DNA from: Paludibacteraceae bacterium
GTDB taxonomy: Bacteria; Bacteroidota; Bacteroidia; Bacteroidales; Paludibacteraceae
Reading direction: 5' to 3'
Length of the DNA stretch: 64,000 bases
Assembly (NCBI GenBank): GCA_017477325.1
Contig: JAFUWV010000005.1
Span: 2,439 to 66,438, forward strand
Below, piece after piece: positions 44,228 through 51,550 of the stretch. The notes under the pieces are model-generated. The model ran no database searches. It was not told where the DNA came from and saw only the letters and a program-made list of their open reading frames with translations. The first letter of the stretch is position 1, and each line of letters opens with the position of its first letter. The translations under genes were made by a program, and so were the position numbers.

Positions 44228-45382
44228 CTACAGACTGTCCGTCTTTGCTTGCTTCAGTTCTTCCAGTTCGTCTTCACGCATGCGAAGCTCTTTTCTCAAT
44301 GAGTCTATCACGGCATCTTTCTGCGACAGTTGCTTGCTGTGATACTCAAACAGGTCTTTCACCAGTGCCTCTTGGTCGAAGCCTTCTGTCACCGCATCTT
44401 CGTGGAACACTATCTGACTGCGCATAAAGCCTTGTTTCTCTGCCTCCTGGTAGAATCGTTCTCTGCTCTCGTCACTCAGCCGCTCGCCTGCTATGTATAG
44501 GTCTATCACATCCTGCTTGCCCGAGCTGTCTATCTTATAGTCGAAGATGTAGCTCTTCCCTATTGATTTGTTGCTGCTTATAAGGCGTGATGCAGCACGG
44601 CGCGTATTGTTGTCCTGCACTATGTCAATGGTCGAGAATACACCCGGAATCAGCACTATCACCAGTATCACATACACCACCCACTGCCTCCTGCTCTGTT
44701 TCTTCTGGTCCTCCAGTTGCACGGACGGGTAGCGGAAATACTTCACCATGATGAAGGTGGCAAGCGAGATGAACACGCTGTTGATGAAGAACAGGTACAT
44801 CGCTCCGAGAGCGTATTGCCAGTTCAGTTGTGCTATGCCATAGCCTACAGTGCACAGAGGCGGCATCAATGCCGTTGCTATCGCCACACCCGACATCACA
44901 GTGCCCTTCTCTTTCCTTGAGGTCTCCACTATGCCTGCCAGACCGCCGAACAAAGCTATCAGCACGTCGTATATCGTTGGCTTGGTACGGGCAAGCAGCT
45001 CTGTCGGCTGCTCAAGATCAAGCGGCGTGAGCACGAAATAGAGTGTGGAGGCAAGTATAGAGATCACCACCATCACCACAAGGTTCTTCAGCGCTTCCCA
45101 CACAAGGTCCGTGTCGTTGGTACCCAGACCCAGGCCGAAACCTATTATCGGGCCCATCAATGGCGATACCAGCATCGCACCTATGATTACGGGTATGGAG
45201 TTCACATTCAGACCGAGCGAAGCTATCAGTATCGCAAAGAAGAGGATGAACACGTTGGGTCCGCGGAAAGGCACGCTGCTGCGTATGTTGGTCATTGCCG
45301 CCAGCACGTCTATATGCTCCGACAGGTTGACCAACTCCCGCAAGTACTTACCCGTACTATTCATTTTGTCCCGTAAACTCAT
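44228..45382 (-). CDS. DUF389-family membrane protein
   Basis: GAMLVSPLMGPIIGFGLGLGTND and the repeated hydrophobic core are typical of DUF389/TIGR00341. The C-terminal part is soluble and coiled-coil. Confidence 0.65.
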   Translation of the reverse strand: MSLRDKMNSTGKYLRELVNLSEHIDVLAAMTNIRSSVPFRGPNVFILFFAILIASLGLNVNSIPVIIGAMLVSPLMGPIIGFGLGLGTNDTDLVWEALKNLVVMVVISILASTLYFVLTPLDLEQPTELLARTKPTIYDVLIALFGGLAGIVETSRKEKGTVMSGVAIATALMPPLCTVGYGIAQLNWQYALGAMYLFFINSVFISLATFIMVKYFRYPSVQLEDQKKQSRRQWVVYVILVIVLIPGVFSTIDIVQDNNTRRAASRLISSNKSIGKSYIFDYKIDSSGKQDVIDLYIAGERLSDESRERFYQEAEKQGFMRSQIVFHEDAVTEGFDQEALVKDLFEYHSKQLSQKDAVIDSLRKELRMREDELEELKQAKTDSL

Positions 45383-45526
45383 ATTCGTATTCTTTTATAT
45401 TTATTACTGCTTTGTCTTGTCTCTCCTTTTCTGCATCTGTCTGTTCTTTCAATATATATCTGCTGCAAAGATACTAAAGAAAAACCACATGCACAAACCC
45501 CGCACCGAATATTTCAAACATTTCAT

Positions 45527-45534
45527 GTATCTTT
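45527..45534 (+). promoter_or_regulatory. -7 box TATCTTTG (copy A of a duplicated ~30-nt promoter module)
   Basis: AATATTTCAAACATTTCATGTATCTTTGCA at 45507-45536 is repeated with two mismatches at 45704-45733. Confidence 0.5.
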
Positions 45535-45544
45535 GCAGCGTGGT

Positions 45545-45698
45545 TGATGCAATTTCGCAAATGTAATCTTAAATATTGCGGGAATAGAACCCACAAGGCA
45601 ACTTGTTTCCGACGTATTTGCATTATTGTAGTCTCAACATCAATTTTATAAATAAACGCCAAAAGCCTTGTACATAACAGATGTGCAAGACTTTTTTT
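45545..45698 (+). ncRNA. Candidate small RNA (promoter-to-terminator unit, ~150 nt); alternatively a 34-aa Cys-rich peptide ORF at 45547-45651
   Basis: It is bounded by the -7 box at 45527-45534 and an intrinsic terminator at 45667-45698. There is no ORF of 60 aa or more on this strand. The only ATG ORF encodes MQFRKCNLKYCGNRTHKATCFRRICIIVVSTSIL. Confidence 0.3.
45667..45698 (+). terminator. Intrinsic terminator
   Basis: CTTGTACAT-aacag-ATGTGCAAG forms 9 bp including one G-U pair. It is followed by ac and TTTTTTT. Confidence 0.65.
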
Positions 45699-45723
45699 GT
45701 TTGCATATTTCAAACCTTTCATG

Positions 45724-45731
45724 TATCTTTG
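45724..45731 (+). promoter_or_regulatory. -7 box TATCTTTG (copy B) for the ORF6N gene
   Basis: It lies 43 nt upstream of ATG 45774. Confidence 0.5.
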
Positions 45732-45773
45732 CACCGATAAAAAGTATTGTTCAATCTACACTATTGAACTCTA

Positions 45774-46315
45774 ATGCCACGACAAAATAACATATCCGAG
45801 CCGGAAATAATAACAGCCCGTCTGACAACCGATATCGAAAACCTGATTAGAAGTATCAGAGGCAAACAGGTTATGCTTGACCGAGATTTATCAATGCTAT
45901 ACGGTGTAGAAACTAAAGCGCTTAATCAAGCTGTCAAGAGAAACATTTCAAGATTTCCTGAGGACTTTATGTTTCAGTTTACCAAAGAAGAAAACGATAT
46001 TTTAAGGTCACAACTTGTGACCATAGAAACAGAAAATACTATAAGGTCACAAATTGCAACCATAGACAAAAGAGGGCGGCACGTAAAATATTTGCCGTAT
46101 GCTTTTACTGAGAATGGCATAGCCATGTTAAGCAGTGTGCATCGCTCTCAACAGGCAATAGAGATATTGTTGAATTTCAGAAGTCTCACGACCGCTTTCT
46201 ATGCATTGACAATACTGTATACCATATAGGTGCCTCACTTAAAGACCTTGGCAAACGCTGGTTTGCCTTCTCAAGAATGGAGATAACAACCGACAAACTT
46301 TTAAGTAAACTATAA
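45774..46315 (+). pseudogene. ORF6N (KilA-N-related) domain gene disrupted by an internal deletion or frameshift
   Basis: The N-terminal frame gives IRGKQVMLDRDLSMLYGVETKALNQAVKRNISRFPEDFMFQ...AFTENGIAMLSSV and stops at 46229. A second frame, open 46112-46315, gives EFQKSHDRFLCIDNTVYHIGASLKDLGKRWFAFSRMEI, which I recall as the usual C-terminus of this family. The junction is near 46160-46175. Confidence 0.6.
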
Positions 46316-46412
46316 TACTTCAAACCTGAAACCTGATACTCAAACTACCCCGCCTATGAATAAATAACATATAACAATACAAACATATAACTCTTAGCGT
46401 TATAAGCCCAAC

Positions 46413-46549
46413 TTGATTGTTTGAAAACTCGACACTTTCAACTAATCATTAGATGTTCAAGCATGGTTTTATGTGCGCTCACGTATTAGCGTGAGTATTC
46501 CGTGCATAAATTTGAACATCTAAGGTAGTCGAGAACCTCAAACAATCAA
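46413..46549. other. 137-nt long imperfect hairpin (candidate structured RNA or MITE-like element)
   Basis: Pairings traced by hand: 46413-24/46538-49 (12 bp), 46428-33/46528-33 (6 bp), 46451-60/46512-21 (10 bp), 46471-77/46501-07 (7 bp including 2 G-U), 46478-83/46490-95 (6 bp), with a hexaloop. An asymmetric internal loop lies at 46434-50 versus 46522-27. Confidence 0.5.
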
Positions 46550-46691
46550 ATGGAAGCAGCGAAAGCGCACGCTTTTCTCATGTCTGTATGTGTTTGTTGA
46601 TACGTTCGATGAAAAGTCCTTGGTACTTGGTCTCTTGGTACTTAAAATATACTCTCGTTAAGATAGCAGGCAAACGGACAGCCCTAGTCCT

Positions 46692-46735
46692 TGACCGAGC
46701 GACGAGCGGGAGATGACCGAGAGATGAGCGGGACA
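46692..46735. repeat. Tandem 22-nt duplication (4 x 11-nt sub-units)
   Basis: TGACCGAGCGACGAGCGGGAGA followed by TGACCGAGAGATGAGCGGGACA. A short CTTGGTA-type array lies nearby at 46619-46643. Confidence 0.85.
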
Positions 46736-46820
46736 AAAAAGAGACTGAAAAATGTACTCTGATTAAGAATGAACCAACAAAACAACCAAATAAGCAATTA
46801 ACGCGACGCAAGCCGCAAAT

Positions 46821-46873
46821 ATTAACAATTAAAAATTAACAATTAAAAATTAACAATTAAAAATTAAATTATT
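46821..46873 (+). repeat. Tandem array, 14-nt unit ATTAACAATTAAAA x 3.8, abutting a start codon
   Basis: Three perfect units lie at 46821-46862, plus a partial unit that ends at the ATG at 46874. Confidence 0.95.
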
Positions 46874-48046
46874 ATGAGAAAAAAACTATTTTCAATTCTT
46901 CTCGCCCTCGTAGCCGGCATTGGCTTCAGTTGGGCGTCCACCATCACCGTAACGTGGAACAACGATGACATAACCGGCAGTGGAAATTCTTTCACCAAGG
47001 ACGGTGTCACTATAACTGCCGGCGTGATAGACTTCACGGAAAAGAATTTCTCGCGCGGCGGAACATTTACCACCACCCTCGGCAACTTCACCAAGATTGA
47101 AGTGACTGCCCGGTATGCTCGCCTCTCCGGCACAGGCTGGTCTGGCAGCACATGGACCGGCAATGCTTCCAGCGTATCGTTCAGTGGCGATATTTATGGT
47201 ATGGGAACTGGCGTAACGATGGTGTTCACCATTGAGCCGACGACCGTCGATGTCACCGGCGTGACCCTCTCGCAGAGCGAGGCGGCAATGACCGTGGGCG
47301 GCGAGACGCTGACGCTGACCGCTACCGTCGCCCCCGACGACGCAACGGACAAGACCGTGACATGGACGTCGAGCGACCCAACCGTAGCAACTGTAGCTAA
47401 CGGCGTAGTAACCGCCGTAGCAGCCGGCACAGCTACCATCACCGCCACCGCCACCAACGGCACCGATGACACCACCGATGACAAAACCGCTACCTGCACT
47501 ATTACGGTTACTGACCCTGACCAAGTAGCAGCAGATGCAGTACTGGCTCTGTTCGATGCCCTGCCTGCTATCGATGCCATTACACTGGACAACAAAGAGG
47601 CTATCGAAGCTGCCCGCGCTGCATACGACGCTCTGACCGATGAGCAGAAAGCACTGGTTACTCCCGAAGACTTAGCCAAACTGACCGCCGCTGAAGAAGC
47701 ACTGGCTGCTGCTGAGAAAGCCGCTGCCGACCAAGTAGCAGCAGACGCAGTACTGGCTCTGTTCGATGCCCTGCCTGCTGTAGAGAATATTACGCTGGAC
47801 AACAAAGAGGCAATTGAAGCTGCCCGCGCTGCATACGAGGCACTGACCGCCGACCAGAAAGCACTGGTTTCTGCTGAGGACTTGGCTAAACTGACCGCTG
47901 CAGAAGAAGCTCTGGCTGCATTAGAATCTCAAGGCGTTGAGAATGTACAAGGTAATGTGAAGAATGTCAAGATTCTTGAGAACGGACAAATCTTCATCCT
48001 CCGCAGCGAGAAGGTATATACATTGCAAGGCCAAGAGGTAAAATAA
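46874..48046 (+). CDS. Secreted Big_2 (bacterial Ig-like) domain protein with two 70-aa helical repeats and a short conserved C-terminal motif
   Basis: Signal peptide MRKKLFSILLALVAGIGFSWA. Big_2 block VTGVTLSQSEAAMTVGGETLTLTATVAPDDATDKTVTWTSSDPTVATVANGVVTAVAAGTATITA. There are two copies of DQVAADAVLALFDALP...ITLDNKEAIEAARAAYDALT..QKALV..EDLAKLTAAEEALAA. Confidence 0.75.
   Translation: MRKKLFSILLALVAGIGFSWASTITVTWNNDDITGSGNSFTKDGVTITAGVIDFTEKNFSRGGTFTTTLGNFTKIEVTARYARLSGTGWSGSTWTGNASSVSFSGDIYGMGTGVTMVFTIEPTTVDVTGVTLSQSEAAMTVGGETLTLTATVAPDDATDKTVTWTSSDPTVATVANGVVTAVAAGTATITATATNGTDDTTDDKTATCTITVTDPDQVAADAVLALFDALPAIDAITLDNKEAIEAARAAYDALTDEQKALVTPEDLAKLTAAEEALAAAEKAAADQVAADAVLALFDALPAVENITLDNKEAIEAARAAYEALTADQKALVSAEDLAKLTAAEEALAALESQGVENVQGNVKNVKILENGQIFILRSEKVYTLQGQEVK
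47519..47919 (+). repeat. 210-nt tandem duplication inside the Big_2 gene
   Basis: Copy 1 starts at 47519 and copy 2 at 47729, both with gaccaagtagcagcaga. Nucleotide identity is high over about 190 nt. Confidence 0.9.
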
Positions 48047-48079
48047 AGGTATAGTAAGGGTATAGCAACCCTATACGAG

Positions 48080-48105
48080 AGCAAGTGGCTGAAAGGTCAC
48101 TTGCT
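48080..48105 (+). terminator. Terminator-like hairpin after the Big_2 gene
   Basis: AGCAAGTG-gctgaaaggt-CACTTGCT followed by TTCGTT. Confidence 0.5.
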
Positions 48106-48245
48106 TTCGTTATATAATAATCGTCACTTTTTGCGTTTACCTGCCACGTACGTGAAGCGATTAAGGCGCACCGAGAATGTCCGGCGGACATTCGAAGGAG
48201 TAAGTGCGCCGCGCGAGTTCGCAGAGCGAACATAGAACTCCTTAA

Positions 48246-48344
48246 AGCCGAGACATACTAGAAAGATACCCGACGGATGGCAACGTCTTCATCCTCACAC
48301 CCGACGGCCGACGCTTCAACCTCCAAGGCGCAGAAGTGAAATAG
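48246..48344 (+). pseudogene. Orphan remnant encoding only the shared C-terminal motif
   Basis: The frame is open only from the TAA at 48243. It reads SRDILERYPTDGNVFILTPDGRRFNLQGAEVK then stop. There is no start codon and no upstream coding sequence. Confidence 0.5.
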
Positions 48345-48450
48345 CTTAGGCAGATGCATTAACCTTATAAAGAAAATGTAAGATACGCAAAGAGGAGATA
48401 TCAGTCAGAAAGAACAACGTGTCATAAAATAAGGTCTAACAAACCGTACT

Positions 48451-48490
48451 GAGAAAGTGTCAAAAGTTCATGAACTTTTGACACTTTCTC
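48451..48490. repeat. Perfect 40-nt palindrome
   Basis: GAGAAAGTGTCAAAAGTTCA/TGAACTTTTGACACTTTCTC. There is no spacer and no flanking T-tract on either strand. Confidence 0.95.
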
Positions 48491-48627
48491 TATAATCCAC
48501 AGAAACAGACCTCTGAGCAGAATGGTATTACACCGAGAGCATACCGTTAGCATAGCAACTGAGTGTGCGCGGTCCTTGTCGCTCATATAGGGCAGAAATT
48601 CTGTTTGCATATTTGTGTTTTTTTCGC

Positions 48628-48635
48628 TATCTTTG
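48628..48635 (+). promoter_or_regulatory. -7 box TATCTTTG for nadC
   Basis: It lies 71 nt upstream of ATG 48706 and inside the spurious N-terminal extension of the track ORF. Confidence 0.45.
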
Positions 48636-48705
48636 CAGCCGTATATTGTGTGCATACGTGCAAACGCATAATTACATATCATCAAGATACTTAAATTACA
48701 CTAAT

Positions 48706-49584
48706 ATGAAATATATCTCAACAGAAGAACTCAACAAACTTATCGCGCAGTGGTTCAAAGAGGACATTGGCGATGGCGACCACACTTCGCTCAGTTGCAT
48801 ACCGCAGACTGCCATGGGCTGCCAGCAGCTTATCATCAAGGAAGACGGCATACTGGCAGGAGTCGAAGTGGCGGAACATGTGTGTCACTATTTCGACCAC
48901 GAGCTGCGCATCGAGACCTTCATCCGCGACGGCGCCGAGGTAAAGAAAGGCGACATTGCTTTCCGCGTGTATGGCAAGGTGCTGTCACTGCTGCAAGTGG
49001 AGCGCACCATGCTCAACATCATGCAACGCATGTCTGGCATCGCCACCACTGCCCACCGCTACCAGTCGCTCATTCAGGACACAGGCTGCCGTGTGCTTGA
49101 CACGCGCAAGACCACTCCCGGCCTGCGCTTGTTGGAAAAAGAAGCAGTGGCAATAGGCGGAGGCACAAACCACCGCATCGGACTCTTCGACATGATACTG
49201 CTCAAGGACAACCATGTGGATTTCGCAGGCTCTATCACCGCTGCCATCACTCGCGCACAGGACTACTGCAAGAAGAACCGCAAAGACCTGCGCATCGAGA
49301 TAGAAGTACGCAACGAAAAGGAGATACTCGAGGCACTCGCAACCAACGGAGCCGACCGCATCATGCTTGACAACTTCACGCCTGAACGCACCAAGGAGGC
49401 TGTCGCTATAATCCGTGACTGGGAACAGCAGAACCATCGCCACATCGAGATAGAGTCGTCCGGAGGAATAACTCTTGACACCATCCGCAGCTATGCCGTC
49501 TGCGGCGTGGATTTCGTCTCTGTCGGCGCACTCACCCACTCTGTCAAGAGCCTCGATATGTCGTTCAAGGCAGTCAAGCAGTAA
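48706..49584 (+). CDS. nadC: Nicotinate-nucleotide diphosphorylase (carboxylating), quinolinate phosphoribosyltransferase
   Basis: 292 aa from MKYISTEELNKLI. EDIGDGDHTS, RKTTPGLR, KDNH and LDN blocks are typical of NadC. Confidence 0.9.
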   Translation: MKYISTEELNKLIAQWFKEDIGDGDHTSLSCIPQTAMGCQQLIIKEDGILAGVEVAEHVCHYFDHELRIETFIRDGAEVKKGDIAFRVYGKVLSLLQVERTMLNIMQRMSGIATTAHRYQSLIQDTGCRVLDTRKTTPGLRLLEKEAVAIGGGTNHRIGLFDMILLKDNHVDFAGSITAAITRAQDYCKKNRKDLRIEIEVRNEKEILEALATNGADRIMLDNFTPERTKEAVAIIRDWEQQNHRHIEIESSGGITLDTIRSYAVCGVDFVSVGALTHSVKSLDMSFKAVKQ

Positions 49585-49718
49585 GAATATTATACATAAA
49601 ACCCCTTCCACGGTGCAGCAAAGTTGAAGCAATCACCAAGCAAAGTGTAAGCAATCTCTATGCTCACTCTTCACATACTGCACAAATCGGAATATTATCC
49701 ATATACATCAAACATAAT

Positions 49719-51515
49719 ATGATACAGGAAAGAATCAACTCACTCAGAAGTCTGATGCAAGAGCACGGACTGAGTGCATACATAGTGCCGGGCACTGACC
49801 CGCACGCAAGTGAATACATGTGTGACCACTGGAAAGAAATCACATGGCTCAGTGGCTTCAAAGGAGAGACCGGAACAGTGCTTGTAACACTGCAAGAGGC
49901 TTTCCTCTGGACTGACTCACGCTACTATCTGCAGGCTGACAAAGAACTGGCAGGCACAGGAGTCAGCCTCATGCGCGAAAGCGACATCGACACTCCCACC
50001 ATACCCGAGTGGCTGACAGACAACCTCAAGAGCGGCAGCACCGTAGGCGTAAATCCCGAGATGTTCACCGTGCAGGCATACAAAGCCCTTCAGGACGAGC
50101 TGGCAGAGGCAGGCATAGGAATAAAGAGTATCGACTTCATTCGTGAATTGTGGACAGACGGCCGTCCCGCTATTCCGCAAGTGCCTCTGTATGAATACAA
50201 GGCGGAATTTGCGGGCGAAACAGTGGAGAGCAAACTCGGCAGAATACGTGCTGAGATAAAGAAGAAAAAAGCTGACACGATGGTCATCTCCGCCCTCGAC
50301 GAGATAGCATGGATTCTGAACATTCGCGGACTCGACGTGGACTTCAACCCTGTTGTAATCAGCTATCTGCTGCTCACCGGGGACAGCTGCACGCTCTTCG
50401 TTGCGCCTGAAAAAGTGACAGCCCAGGCAAAGCAATATCTCCTGAGCAACCGTGTCAAGACTGACGATTACGAAAACATATTCGCAGCATTGAACGCCCT
50501 GCCGGCGTCTTCAGTGGTACTGTTCGACGGCAACAGACTCAATCAGGCGCTCTATGAGGCACTGCCTGCCGACTGCAAGAAGATAAACACGCAGTCGCCT
50601 ATACTGCTGCTCAAGAGCATAAAGAACAGTGTAGAGCTGGAGGGGGAGAGAAAAGCGATGCGCGAAGATGCTGTGGCTCTGACACGATTCTTCCGCTGGT
50701 TGGAGGAGGAAGCCTTTGCTGACGGCAAGACTCCTACGGAATACGAGCTGATGGAGAAACTGCATGAATACAGAGCAATGGGCAGAAACTTCGTCACTGA
50801 GAGTTTTGGCACCATAGCAGGCTACAAGGGCAACGGAGCCATTGTCCACTACGAAGCCACCAAAACAGATTGCGCAGTGGTCTATCCCGAAGGAATGCTT
50901 CTGCTTGACTCAGGAGGACAGTATCTGGATGGCACAACCGACATCACACGTACCGTATGGCTCGGAGGAGAAATACCCGAACAAGCAAAGAAGGACTACA
51001 CTTACGTCCTGAAAGGTCATATCGCACTCGCTACTGCACGCTTCCCGCGAGGCACCAGAGGCAACCAGCTGGATGCTCTTGCCAAGCAGTACATGTGGCA
51101 GGCGGGAATCACCTACGGACACGGCACAGGACACGGAGTCGGTCACTTCCTCGGTTGTCACGAAGGTCCGCAGAACGTACGTACCGACATGAACCCCACA
51201 CAATTACAGCCAGGACAGATATGCTCGGACGAACCTGGAATATACCGCACCGGCATGTGGGGTGTGCGTATAGAGAACCTTGTGGCTGTGACAGAGGCTC
51301 CGCAGACTGAGGCCCGCACCACCGACGACCGTTTCTTGTGCTGGAAGACACTCACACTCTGCTACTACGACACCTCTCTCATTGATATGTCACTGCTAAC
51401 TGCTCAGGAGCGTGAATGGATCAACTGCTACCACAAGCACGTCGCAGAACAGATATGCCCGCTGCTCAGCAAGGAAGATGCAGCGTGGCTGAAGAATAAA
51501 TGCAAGGCAATCTAA
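49719..51515 (+). CDS. Xaa-Pro aminopeptidase (M24B, aminopeptidase P family)
   Basis: 598 aa with creatinase-like N-domains and metal ligand blocks (DSGGQY..GTTDITRT, HGTGHGVG, SDEPG, IENL). Confidence 0.85.
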   Translation: MIQERINSLRSLMQEHGLSAYIVPGTDPHASEYMCDHWKEITWLSGFKGETGTVLVTLQEAFLWTDSRYYLQADKELAGTGVSLMRESDIDTPTIPEWLTDNLKSGSTVGVNPEMFTVQAYKALQDELAEAGIGIKSIDFIRELWTDGRPAIPQVPLYEYKAEFAGETVESKLGRIRAEIKKKKADTMVISALDEIAWILNIRGLDVDFNPVVISYLLLTGDSCTLFVAPEKVTAQAKQYLLSNRVKTDDYENIFAALNALPASSVVLFDGNRLNQALYEALPADCKKINTQSPILLLKSIKNSVELEGERKAMREDAVALTRFFRWLEEEAFADGKTPTEYELMEKLHEYRAMGRNFVTESFGTIAGYKGNGAIVHYEATKTDCAVVYPEGMLLLDSGGQYLDGTTDITRTVWLGGEIPEQAKKDYTYVLKGHIALATARFPRGTRGNQLDALAKQYMWQAGITYGHGTGHGVGHFLGCHEGPQNVRTDMNPTQLQPGQICSDEPGIYRTGMWGVRIENLVAVTEAPQTEARTTDDRFLCWKTLTLCYYDTSLIDMSLLTAQEREWINCYHKHVAEQICPLLSKEDAAWLKNKCKAI

Positions 51516-51550
51516 TCTTTAAACGTCAAACATTAAGCGTTAAACAACTG

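Noticed and set aside
46578-46811. 77-aa minus-strand ORF upstream of the Big_2 gene
   Set aside because: It spans the short tandem arrays, has no promoter or homology signal, and is probably non-coding leader DNA.
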